DNA of 39,246 bases, from IMG/VR virus record IMGVR_UViG_2061766007_001614, one strand, 5' to 3'. The stretch is from an uncultured virus (IMG/VR IMGVR_UViG_2061766007_001614). Taxonomy: Duplodnaviria > Heunggongvirae > Uroviricota > Caudoviricetes. The notes under the pieces were generated by a model that did no database searches, was not told where the DNA came from, and saw only the letters and a program-made list of their open reading frames with translations. This document shows, piece by piece, positions 22,290 through 31,727 of this stretch. Numbering within the stretch: position 1 is the first letter of the stretch; each line of letters starts with the position of its first letter. Made by a program: the position numbers and the translations under genes.

Positions 22290-22540
22290 NNNNNNNNNNN
22301 NNNNNNNNNNNNNNNNNNNNNNNNNNNNNNNNNNNNNNNNNNNNNNNNNNCTAAAAGATACACGAATTCTCTTCCACATAATTGATTTTTCATTCCATAT
22401 CGCATCTTTATTTTCCTACTGATGTATGGTAGAATCCATTAAATCTTGATTAAATTGAGTGGACATTGCATTGAAGTTTTANNNNNNNNNNNNNNNNNNN
22501 NNNNNNNNNNNNNNNNNNNNNNNNNNNNNNNNNNNNNNTA

Positions 22541-22785
22541 TCCCACTACATGTTAATTGTTTCCTACCACAATTCTCCACCACAACTGAGCTAAAAATAA
22601 TCGGTAAAAAGCGGTAAATACAGGGAACTCAGATTGGTCCCAAAATAGCCTTAATCCCAGTGAATATGCGGGTTAGAACATNNNNNNNNNNNNNNNNNNN
22701 NNNNNNNNNNNNNNNTTGATTAATCCCAGTATTTATGCTATATTTTAAACATCAATTGTGGTAAGTAACGGTATATCTACCACAT
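22541..22785. other. Putative attP with arm-type repeats
   Basis: C(T/C)ACCACA-like repeats at 22543, 22564, 22577, 22756 (inverted) and 22777; TTAATCCCAGT direct repeat at 22651 and 22720; immediately 5' of the integrase. Confidence 0.65.
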
Positions 22786-22804
22786 GTGCTTCGAGGTGAA
22801 AAAC

Positions 22805-23963
22805 ATGAAACGTAAAAATGGTGAAGGGACATGGGGATTTAAAACCATCAAAGGTGTAAAGTATGTTTTCCACAGGAATTCTAATGGAAAATACTTTTAT
22901 GGCAAGACTGAAAAAGAAGTCTGGGACAAGATTGAGAGACAGAAACGAATAGATGCAATGGCCTCTTCTGTAAATGATGTCGTAGGCAAACCCTCCATGA
23001 TATTCTATAAGTATTGCATCAATTATGTTGAAAGCATCAAGATGACTCTCCAGCCGTATACCTATTATAATTATACTCATATGATTAATAACTTTCTTGA
23101 ACGGAGCAGCATTGGTCGTAAACAACTTCACCAGCTGACCCCTGATATGTTTAGTCGATGGTATAGCACACTTGCGGAGGAATACTCTTATGGCACAATA
23201 CGATCCATACATAAGATACTTAAAGGTCCACTAAATGCTGCTGAAGATGAGGGGCTTGTTAAACTAAATACACAAAAAAAGATTAAGCTCCCGATGGAAC
23301 GATANNNNNNNNNNNNNNNNNNNTATCCCAGATTTAGATGAAATGAAAATGATTGAAGAATTGTGCTATAGAAAGAATAAGCATGGAAACTATAAACTAG
23401 GGAACAATGGGCTTGCTTATATCTTTATCTTGCATACCGGGCTAAGATTAGGAGAGCTGATTGCTCTACGGTGGAACGATGTTGATACAAAGAATCACCG
23501 GATTGATATAAATAAGTCTGCCTCGTTTAGGGTAATAAATGGCAAGCAAGTTTACGAGGACAAGGCCCCTAAATCCAAGGCAGGTTTTAGAAAGATTCCT
23601 TATGATAATACTGTTGAAACAATCCTTTCATATTTAAAAGAAAACTATCCTCCGGAACTTGATTCTGTAAATGGACATGTGTTTACCAATAGTCGTCACA
23701 GTCACATGTGTAAGTCTACTCTAGAAGAATGCTTAAGGAAAAATATTGCAAACAAGTATAACATGCCAAGGCTTACACCTCATACATTAAGACACGGATA
23801 TAGTAGTTTCTTAGCCTCAAAAAAAGTCAATCCAAAAGTAATAGCAAAGCTTATGGGGCATGAAAGGGTAAATTTCACATTTGATGTATATGTTGATAGT
23901 TATGAAGATGACATGATTGAAGCGGCAAACCTTTTAAACGAATTAGGATCAAATGCAGAATGA
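22805..23963 (+). CDS. int: Phage integrase (tyrosine recombinase)
   Basis: MKRKNGEG arm-binding start, HTGLRLGEL, PKSKAG, HTLRH, MGH, DVY motifs; frame split at an N gap. Confidence 0.92.
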
Positions 23964-24052
23964 TATAAGAAAAAGATTATAGAATTTTAATGGTATTTCG
24001 TTACTGAAATAAGTACTATTAATCTACCCAGCCAAAGAAAGGAGACAGTTTT

Positions 24053-24802
24053 ATGAAGAAATTGTCTAGAATTTTTGCATTGTTATTATCAGTGTTAATA
24101 ATTTTTACTGCACTTCCTGTCCGTGTGTGTGCTGCAAATAACAAATCAATTGTTTTGGGGAAATCTGCTAAATATCAGAACAGCTACTATCGTAGTGAAC
24201 CGATAGGATACAAGCTTACGTTAAAAGCTGATTCCTTAGTAACAATTTCAAACGGTAATAAAACTGAAATTGGATACTATGTGTATTCAGACAAATTACT
24301 TAGGTGCTTAATCTCTGAAGATGCAATCGCTGCCAAGAGTAATGAGACTATCGTCATGGCAAAGGGTGTTTACTATATTGTGTTTCATTACTATGAAGAC
24401 ACCAAAAATGTATCTGTAAAGGTAAAAGCTACGCCATATTCTAAGATAAAAGACAGAAAAAACTATAGCAGATCGACCGCAGCAAAACTAAAAGCGAAAA
24501 CATTTGAGACTGTTACCCAAACCCCAAATAATAATTATTCGAGATGGTATAAAATCGTTCTGACTAAAAAACAAACAATTCATATATCGTATCCTCTTGA
24601 CAATTCTGTTGACTTCACACTATATAATTCTACTTTTGAGGAACCAAAAACGGTTACTTTTTCAACTAAAGGATACATTGTTACTGAATCAAAGCAAGCC
24701 CCGGGGACATATTATTTAAAAATCAATGATTATTATATGCGCTCTTATAATGAAACAGCATACTTATGGAAAGATACAAGATTTAAGTTTAAGTGGTATT
24801 AA
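24053..24802 (+). CDS. Secreted/surface protein with signal peptide (moron)
   Basis: MKKLSRIFALLLSVLIIFTALPVRVCA signal peptide; two beta-sandwich-like repeats (KGVYYI, PGTYYLKI). Confidence 0.75.
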   Translation: MKKLSRIFALLLSVLIIFTALPVRVCAANNKSIVLGKSAKYQNSYYRSEPIGYKLTLKADSLVTISNGNKTEIGYYVYSDKLLRCLISEDAIAAKSNETIVMAKGVYYIVFHYYEDTKNVSVKVKATPYSKIKDRKNYSRSTAAKLKAKTFETVTQTPNNNYSRWYKIVLTKKQTIHISYPLDNSVDFTLYNSTFEEPKTVTFSTKGYIVTESKQAPGTYYLKINDYYMRSYNETAYLWKDTRFKFKWY

Positions 24803-24807
24803 AAAGT

Positions 24808-24840
24808 TAAGGCTCTTCCAAAACGGGAGAGCCTTTTATT
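24808..24840. terminator. Bidirectional terminator
   Basis: AAGGCTCTTCC-AAAAC-GGGAGAGCCTTTT between convergent genes. Confidence 0.7.
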
Positions 24841-25105
24841 ATTCCAGTATTATCTTACTATACTCGTTATCCTTTAGCCATGATTTTAATGCCTCAGCAG
24901 AAACAAGCCACTTCCGGCCTAATTGAGTAGAAGGGAAACATTCTGACTTCATAAGAGCATATGCAGAGTTTTTTCCTATTTTAAGTATCTTCTGGAGATC
25001 TTTTATCTCTAGCATAACTATATCAACATTGTTTGTCTCGATTTCTCCAAACTTTTTTAGATCTTCCTTCATTAAATTATTGTTCTGTGCTGATACCTTT
25101 ATCAT
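24839..25105 (-). CDS. Excisionase-like HTH DNA-binding protein
   Basis: LEIKDLQKILKIGKNSAYALM..FPSTQLGRKWLV. Confidence 0.8.
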   Translation of the reverse strand: MIKVSAQNNNLMKEDLKKFGEIETNNVDIVMLEIKDLQKILKIGKNSAYALMKSECFPSTQLGRKWLVSAEALKSWLKDNEYSKIILE

Positions 25106-25268
25106 CTACCTCACCAACTTTCCCAAAATATTCCTCGTATATTTCACGGACTATTTTCAGTTCTGCAATCGAATCATGGGACACCCACACATATCCTGGC
25201 CTACCCTCTACCGGTTTATATGATGCCAGTATTCTTTCTACCTTCTCATCACTCATCGTAGTCCTCAT
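25077..25268 (-). CDS. Hypothetical protein
   Basis: 63-aa ORF overlapping the xis-like gene start. Confidence 0.5.
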   Translation of the reverse strand: MRTTMSDEKVERILASYKPVEGRPGYVWVSHDSIAELKIVREIYEEYFGKVGEVDDKGISTEQ

Positions 25269-25395
25269 CGTCGAGATCTGATCCGCTGCACTCTGTTTGA
25301 TGCATACAAAGATTACAATCGCATTCGTCCGAGTAATTTCCAGTTTCCCAACATCTTTCGTTTGGATTCATAGCCAAAACCTCTTTTCTTTTTAG

Positions 25396-25650
25396 TAGGG
25401 ATGTGCTGACCAGCTTTGGGGGCTCTGATGCACATCCCCGGATACCCGTTTGGGTGAATAGACTACAGAGCTGTTACACTCTGCAGTCCAATTGAATTAC
25501 GGAGGTGCTTGCTGCACCAAGTCCTCTGGGAAAAGGACCAGGAGACCATAGGACTATGACACCCTATGATCTCAACCACACAACATGAAAGGTCAGTACA
25601 GAAAAACATGATAAACTGTACCGAATGAGTAACGGAGCTGTGACACTCCG
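25396..25650 (-). promoter_or_regulatory. Array of stem-loops with recurrent G(A/G)GTGT(C/A)A(C/T)AG motif
   Basis: At least eight hairpins; three share the loop TGTMAYAG (25461-25488, 25542-25573, 25633-25650). Confidence 0.55.
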
Positions 25651-25938
25651 CCACCCAAGGAGTTGGTTTTACTATGTACAAATTATCAAAGCCTTAGAAA
25701 CCTTTAACTGTGGGCTTGCACGTTTTTAACTTAGGCTTTCAGATTTGCAGATGCGTGTCTTACCACAAGACTGTCGTATTTGAAAACTACACTCCACTCG
25801 GGATTTATAGTTACGAGATAATTTCGATTGCTAAATTACCTGAATCCATCTGCCAATCAAGTTTTTCGGCGTTAGTGCAATCGTTTAACAATACCAAGGA
25901 TTGTTTTGGTATAATACCTTTGGGGAGGTATTATATCC

Positions 25939-26160
25939 ATGAGCGATATTAAATTAGACACATATAAATGCCCAAAATGTTGTGCAACAATTATTATCCC
26001 TAAGGGACGAGATGAAGCAATATGTGAATATTGTGGATCTCTGGTGAAGAAGCCGGAGAAAAAACTTACAACTGCAGAAATTATTGCACTTGTGGCATTG
26101 CCACTTATTAGTGTTATTCTGTTTATCTGCATTGCATTATTCTGGCTACATATCACATAA
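25939..26160 (+). CDS. Zinc-ribbon protein with C-terminal membrane anchor
   Basis: CPKC..CEYCG plus hydrophobic C-terminal helix; RBS GGAGG. Confidence 0.7.
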   Translation: MSDIKLDTYKCPKCCATIIIPKGRDEAICEYCGSLVKKPEKKLTTAEIIALVALPLISVILFICIALFWLHIT

Positions 26161-26229
26161 TATTTGCAATATACACGTCCTATAGTGAATGAAATATAAA
26201 AAATAATGTATACCGCACTATGCGGCTAA

Positions 26230-26319
26230 TAGTAGGTTGGAGATTCGAACCCCAATACATCTGCGTTTATAACAAAAACAAAGGAGCGCATTTTACTCTA
26301 CCTATTGAGTTAACCTACT
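26230..26319 (-). tRNA. tRNA-like gene with ~21-nt anticodon loop
   Basis: Acceptor AGTAGGT/ACCTACT, D arm ACTC-AATAGGTA-GAGT, T arm TGGGG-TTCGAAT-CTCCA; anticodon arm TGCG/CGCA with oversized loop; identity unassignable. Confidence 0.65.
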
Positions 26320-26355
26320 GACCAATAATTTTGAAAGCCCTATTGGGGAGGGCGA

Positions 26356-26449
26356 TACGCTAGAAGAGAATCGAACTCTCACCATCCTCTTATTATGAGG
26401 TGTGCTACCTTTCACGCATGATCGCACGTTACTTTTACACCACTAGCGT
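26356..26449 (-). tRNA. tRNA-like gene with expanded D loop (possible anticodon AAT)
   Basis: Acceptor ACGCTAG/CTAGCGT, T arm GAGAG-TTCGATT-CTCTT, anticodon arm CCTC-ATAATAA-GAGG, ~31-nt D loop. Confidence 0.6.
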
Positions 26450-26450
26450 T

Positions 26451-26686
26451 CCAGAGGGTTTATATCCCGCTACTCCTCTATCAGCGGTCTGCTGTTCATC
26501 ACAGCTAATGTACAATGCCACCTTTTCTAATAATTGACCCAGAAAAGCGTTGTTCAGGCGTTCCCTCCGTTGCCCCGCATAAATTATGGTCTTGATGCTC
26601 CATGCACCTAGGATTCACTCTCGTCATACATAATCGGGAGTGGCATTTCACATCTGCGGATAAGTTTAATGACATTCCGTATGGTC
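26451..26686 (-). ncRNA. Unassigned structured RNA candidate upstream of the tRNA-like genes
   Basis: No long ORF; GAC/GTC plus CGGA/TCCG 5' pseudoknot, AATGCCAC/GTGGCATT long-range helix, 3' H-type pseudoknot. Confidence 0.45.
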
Positions 26687-26864
26687 GAATTGAGCCTTAT
26701 TTTGTTTTAGCTTCTCACGCTCTATGAGAAGAAATCATCAAGACATATTATTCTTGTGTCTGATTTATCGCTTTCATGACAAGTTCCATCAGTGCCTTGA
26801 TTCCATGTTCTCTGATGTAATTTGACATTTCTCTCACCAATATCAGTTCATCCATATAACTCCT

Positions 26865-27200
26865 TCATAGGTTTGCAGCGTCAAATTTTGCTAAGTCTTT
26901 CAGTACTTTGTCGTATTCCTTCTTTACCATATGAACCTTGGCCTCAAGAGCATCCCTCATTATTTTGCGTGCCCTATTATCGTCGCCATCAAAGGAATAG
27001 ACAGTATTATTCTTAAAGCAATCAAACTTTTCGGCTCTTACTGAGTTGCGTCCTTGGCCATCAGGCTGTCGCATGTTTACCCTGAAATGGCTCCCATGTT
27101 CCTGAATATTGTATTCGATTATAGGTGTGTATTTCTTGATTGCACCATTGGACATTAGTGTCCACCGGTAAATTGGTTTATCTTGTTTAGTATACTTCAT
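26865..27200 (-). CDS. Hypothetical protein
   Basis: 111-aa ORF on operon strand. Confidence 0.65.
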   Translation of the reverse strand: MKYTKQDKPIYRWTLMSNGAIKKYTPIIEYNIQEHGSHFRVNMRQPDGQGRNSVRAEKFDCFKNNTVYSFDGDDNRARKIMRDALEAKVHMVKKEYDKVLKDLAKFDAANL

Positions 27201-27353
27201 GTTTTCGCCCCGTTAATTTATACCACTTATGCCCCTTCTCCAAAATGTAGAAAAAAAGTAGATGAGTGCGTGGAGAATTTTTCGGGGCATTTTGAAAAAA
27301 TCAGACATAGGATGAATCCTATTTGACACAGCTCTCATCTACTACCTAGGATA

Positions 27354-27545
27354 TCATTTCTGATCATTTTCGTCAACGGTTAATTTATCCTTGTTCTGCT
27401 CCATTTCTTCTCGCTGATGGTTCCTGATTTCCATTGATGTATACTGAAATGCCGGTCGCAAAAAGAACGGGCTCAGCTTTATCGGTCTCTTTAACTCCCC
27501 GTTGCTTTTGAATAAATCATCCAATTGCGCCCTTGACACATCCAT
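27354..27545 (-). CDS. Hypothetical protein
   Basis: ORF following the desulfurase gene. Confidence 0.5.
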   Translation of the reverse strand: MDVSRAQLDDLFKSNGELKRPIKLSPFFLRPAFQYTSMEIRNHQREEMEQNKDKLTVDENDQK

Positions 27546-27550
27546 GATTA

Positions 27551-28697
27551 TTAACCCCTCAGCAATGTTATGTTCTGCTTCAGGCACTCAATAAAATACA
27601 GTGCCTCTTCTTCTGTGTTGTCATCCCCTATACTTATCCTTATGGAACTGTTGGCCTGCTCATCAGTAAGGCCTATCGCTCTTAATACATGTGATGGTTG
27701 CCCTGAGTTGGAATTACATGCGGACCCTGTTGACAGATAAATCCCCTGTTCATTGAACAGTGCCTGGAGTTCTTCTCCTCTGCAGCCATCTACTCTTATA
27801 TTAAGATGCCTCGGATCCATTAATTCAATTTTACCATTAACATGCACACCTTCCAATTGGTTAATTTTCACCAATATAAGGTCTCGAATTTTACGTTCCC
27901 GTGCATCGCTGGCAGACATCTTATCCATGGTAAGCTCAGTNNNNNNNNNNNNNNNNNNNNNNNNNNNNNNNNNTAGAAGCTCTCATCCCTCTTTCCTGTT
28001 GTCCGCCACTGATCAGTGGAGCATAACGCTTTTTTACTTCATTTGATACAAATAGGAATCCGACGCCTTTTGGTCCACGAATCTTATGTCCACTAGCAGA
28101 TAGGAGCTTGATATGAGATTTTTTAACATCAATCGGCATGTGCCCAAAAGACTGGACGGCGTCAGTATGTAAGAGGATTGCGCGATCCTCACATAAAGCA
28201 CCTATTTCATCTATCGGTTGTATCGTCCCGATTTCATTATTGACCATCATGATAGAACATAACTCAGTGTTTAGCCTGAAAGCATCAGATACTTTCGTCG
28301 GATCTATCACTCCACTAGGCTCCGGAGAGACTAATGTATATAGAATGTCTTCACGCTCGTTCCACCGGTCCTTAAGAGATTCCAGTATAGCATGATGCTC
28401 TATAGATGAAGCAATAATATGCATGGGATGAAAGTGGTATCTGTTCTTTAACCCCTTTATAGCCCAGTTATCAGATTCAGTGCCTCCACTGGTAAAATAT
28501 ATTTCCTCAGGTTGGGCATTGATTGCTGCAGCTATTATCTCCCGGGATTCTTCAATTGCAGCCCTGGATTTTTCACCAAGTTCANNNNNNNNNNNNNNNN
28601 NNNNNNNNNNNNNNNNNNNNNNNNNNGGGAGCATAGCATTTTTTACATAAGGATGTATTTTAGTGGTCGCTGCGTGGTCGAAATATACATTGTCCAT
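27551..28697 (-). CDS. iscS: Cysteine desulfurase (IscS/NifS group I)
   Basis: YFDHAATT, FTSGGTESDN, HTDAVQ, SGHKIRGPKG (PLP lysine), STGSACNS (catalytic Cys), SIRISIG; split at an N gap. Confidence 0.9.
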
Positions 28698-28701
28698 ATA
28701 T

Positions 28702-28932
28702 TCACCTCTCTGCGCTTTTTACTTTCGAATCCTTAGCAACATTCTTCCTTGCCAGACTCTTAACCGGATCATTCTCCTCAAATCCAAATATATTGTTCAT
28801 GTTGAAGCAGGCAACTATTGTATCCCCAATATTGAAGTTTAAGATGTTATGGTTATCTATTGTCCAGTCTTCTGCCTGGATATTTATCACATCACTTGTT
28901 GATGCTGAAAAATAAACTGTAAAATTACTCAT
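28702..28932 (-). CDS. Hypothetical protein
   Basis: 76-aa ORF, RBS GGAGG. Confidence 0.65.
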   Translation of the reverse strand: MSNFTVYFSASTSDVINIQAEDWTIDNHNILNFNIGDTIVACFNMNNIFGFEENDPVKSLARKNVAKDSKVKSAER

Positions 28933-28944
28933 TCTTTTTTCCTC

Positions 28945-29406
28945 CTATTCTATGTAAACTAATACTTCGTTTCGCAATTGTTCAAGCTCTGTTGTTAATT
29001 GATTTCTTTCTGCTTCGAGATCCTCAAGACGTTCCTTGATATCCTGAATGTAAAGAATGGTCCTTGCAATCTCATCAGCTTTACTGTCAAAGCGCCGTTC
29101 ATACTTCGAATATTCTGAATCCTCGGATTCAACAACCTCAGGCTCATAAACTTCAGGCTCCGAGCCCACAGGCTTTTTCTTCAGCTCATTGTAAAGCATC
29201 CATTTACGCTTACCGTACTTCTGAATTAAATTGTATACTCTGTTTAGTTCGTCATCGGGAATGACATATCTTGCTTTTTTTGTTCCGTTTGATATGTCAT
29301 TAGATCTAATAATCCCATTACGACACCAGGCAGCTACAGTCTGTGCTGACACTCCTAACATCTGTCCGGCATCAGACGGTGATGTCTGTTCATATGTTGC
29401 ATTCAC
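28945..29406 (-). CDS. HTH DNA-binding protein with C-terminal coiled coil
   Basis: SPSDAGQMLGVSAQTVAAWCRNG MerR/excisionase-like HTH. Confidence 0.7.
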   Translation of the reverse strand: MNATYEQTSPSDAGQMLGVSAQTVAAWCRNGIIRSNDISNGTKKARYVIPDDELNRVYNLIQKYGKRKWMLYNELKKKPVGSEPEVYEPEVVESEDSEYSKYERRFDSKADEIARTILYIQDIKERLEDLEAERNQLTTELEQLRNEVLVYIE

Positions 29407-29526
29407 TGCTCACATTCCTCCTTGATTCTTTCTTGAATAATTTCTACAACAACATCTCTATCGATACACCATGACGTAGCGTAATTACATTCTCCTTCTC
29501 TAGAATCCATTTCCTCGATCTCCGAT

Positions 29527-31044
29527 GTGAAGCTTCACACGACTAAAGTCGCGTGCTTCCATACCACGTTTTCTTATGATATGGACTAACTGACTACAGA
29601 TACGGTTTATACAGCGATACCTGATTCCGCAGAGCCAAGCTCTCCATTTAAACTAATTAGTGTAGACAGTGTGCAGGTGCTTCTCTTTGCGCAGCCAGGA
29701 ACTTTTGCCTCGATGCGCTGCCTCTCCGTCACCGGCAAGGACTTTAATATCTCCCTTACGAAATATCTTGCGCCTATGTTATAGGATGCAGATAGATCGC
29801 AGTTGTAGATCTTTCCGTTCTGGAACTCACATAACGAATAATTGTTACCAGTCTTTGTAGACTTGTTGCCCCTAAGGACAGCACCGCTTCCGTCGAAAGC
29901 GAGTTTTGATGTACCCCATGCATTTATACGGCTTATACGTATGCCATTTACATGAGCTTTGTGCTCGACCATCTGTTGTATGTATCTTGCTTTCCATAGA
30001 GCGAGCTTCTGCTTTTTGGAGCCACGTTTCTTTTTACCAAGGTCGAGATGCTCAAATACTATGACATCCGCATTATAGAGTATTGCCACCTTCATGATGA
30101 AATCTGCCGTCTTGACTGCAATATCATCATTCACGCCCTTGGCAAATGCCCATAACCTTATTGTTGACCTTGAACCATGTCTCTGTGCATATTTGATATG
30201 ACCTATCTTTCTGTTCAGGGAGTCGTATTCTTTAGGAAGTTTTAAAAAATGTCTTCCTAAGACCGTGCCACCTGAATTTAAGACAGAGCATGTTGCACTT
30301 GAATTTATGCCAAGATCCACAGCTACTATGGTCTGTTCCTTTGTGGGAGTGGATTTAAGTTTTGACTTTTCCTTGAATGGAAAGTCTAAATACCAGACTT
30401 TACCACGTTTCTGTAATGTCGGAGCACATTCTTCCATACGGTTACAGTGATAGGTTATATAATCCACATCACTCTTATGGAGTTTAATTGTTATCCAGTC
30501 CCATGTATTGTTACGGAACACTTTTATCTTTGCAGTATAGTCATCTACACGGACAAACATATTCCCTTTATACAGGGAGGGATAACAGTAACCCGCTTTC
30601 GGAAAAGATGGTTTTTCTCCACGGATACGTGGATCAGATTCTTCCCAGTTGGACAGATTGCTCTTATAACTCGAAACTTTACCTACGGCCTCGCTTATAG
30701 CAGCTCGCCTAAGATAGCATGGCATCTTGTAGAAATGTTTATCAAAATTGTATGTCACCTCAGGCCTGTCTTTTGTTGGAACAGTTAATGTTTCCATGAG
30801 TTTGATATATTTACTCTGACTTTTAACAACAGAGCTGAAGTCTACCCATTCTTTTAAACAGACATCTATAAAGAAATCAACGGCAGAACGGTATATCTGC
30901 AATGATTCTTTAAATATATGCCTGTACTCTTTTATCTTAACAGAATACATTGATATGATATTCATCCTGCCTCCCTTTCTTTATCTTTCTGTTTTGGCGG
31001 CTAACTCATGACTAAAGTCACGAGAATGCGTCGCCCAATTTTTA
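29527..31044 (-). mobile_element. IS200/IS605-family TnpB-only (IS1341-like) element
   Basis: Subterminal hairpins GACTTTAGTC at both ends; left flank TTGAA; right end ..CTTCAC; no tnpA; no target duplication. Confidence 0.88.
29607..30965 (-). CDS. tnpB: RNA-guided endonuclease TnpB
   Basis: RuvC motifs VDLGIN, VFEHL, NCDLSAS; 452 aa. Confidence 0.9.
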   Translation of the reverse strand: MNIISMYSVKIKEYRHIFKESLQIYRSAVDFFIDVCLKEWVDFSSVVKSQSKYIKLMETLTVPTKDRPEVTYNFDKHFYKMPCYLRRAAISEAVGKVSSYKSNLSNWEESDPRIRGEKPSFPKAGYCYPSLYKGNMFVRVDDYTAKIKVFRNNTWDWITIKLHKSDVDYITYHCNRMEECAPTLQKRGKVWYLDFPFKEKSKLKSTPTKEQTIVAVDLGINSSATCSVLNSGGTVLGRHFLKLPKEYDSLNRKIGHIKYAQRHGSRSTIRLWAFAKGVNDDIAVKTADFIMKVAILYNADVIVFEHLDLGKKKRGSKKQKLALWKARYIQQMVEHKAHVNGIRISRINAWGTSKLAFDGSGAVLRGNKSTKTGNNYSLCEFQNGKIYNCDLSASYNIGARYFVREILKSLPVTERQRIEAKVPGCAKRSTCTLSTLISLNGELGSAESGIAV

Positions 31045-31147
31045 TTCAAGTCTGTAAGTACTTCGATAATCTTCTTATTTACATAGTCTTCTAACATCTT
31101 TTCCTGGTCTATATGTAAACCATGTGATGCATAGAATTCCCTGTCAC

Positions 31148-31489
31148 TTATTGCCATCTGGAGTCTCCTTTCAAGGCATTGATTTTCAGTTGGATAATAT
31201 CATCAAAATCTTCCCAAGTTCTGCAAGAAGCTACCGCCTGTTCGTCATTCTCTACCCATTTAGGCTCATACTGTTCAAACTCTGATTTTAATTCCTCAAG
31301 CATAGCCATCATATCAGCCTTGGTATAAGTTTCTACTAAAGGACAATCATCCTGCCTTTTATCAAATTGCCTAATATATTCGTATGTTAAATCACATAAT
31401 GGTTCATCATCACGATTAAAACTCCAATGATTACAACTATTACAACAACTAGGCATATCAAAATCTTTAATTCCTACCATCGCTTTCAT
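31148..31489 (-). CDS. Hypothetical protein (paralog array)
   Basis: MPSCCNSC..DCPLVE plus KADMMAMLEELK module. Confidence 0.7.
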   Translation of the reverse strand: MKAMVGIKDFDMPSCCNSCNHWSFNRDDEPLCDLTYEYIRQFDKRQDDCPLVETYTKADMMAMLEELKSEFEQYEPKWVENDEQAVASCRTWEDFDDIIQLKINALKGDSRWQ

Positions 31490-31727
31490 CCTCTAACTCA
31501 TTTTGAATAAATTTTCTCAATTCATTCATTTCAAAACCTACCCATACATCATCAGCTATTTTCGACCTGCTGTTTAAATAGCCTATTATCTTATTAGCAA
31601 AATTCTTCCTCCCACCAAGAAAACCTAAATTGTACGCATGGTCGAGAGCCAATCCAACATTTCCTGTCATTCTTGCTCTTAGATACTTTATATCAGATAA
31701 TTCCTTATCTTTCAGTTCTTCTGTCAT
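31467..31727 (-). CDS. Hypothetical protein
   Basis: Translationally coupled ORF. Confidence 0.65.
   Translation of the reverse strand: MTEELKDKELSDIKYLRARMTGNVGLALDHAYNLGFLGGRKNFANKIIGYLNSRSKIADDVWVGFEMNELRKFIQNELEDESDGRN

Larger units (their letters stand above)
29403..31157 (-). pseudogene. 78-aa phage gene interrupted by the IS element
   Basis: Joining 31157-31045 to 29526-29403 restores MAISDREFY..VLTDLKSEIEEMDS..IIQERIKEECEQ*, resembling neighbouring paralogs. Confidence 0.8.

Noticed and set aside
27258..27343. Long imperfect hairpin GTAGATGAG..CTCATCTAC with an internal stem
   Set aside because: Single instance with no recognisable motif; insufficient support for an RNA call.
29527..31044. 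TnpB as a Cas12 effector or IStron
   Set aside because: No CRISPR array, cas genes or group I intron core; ordinary IS200/IS605 ends.
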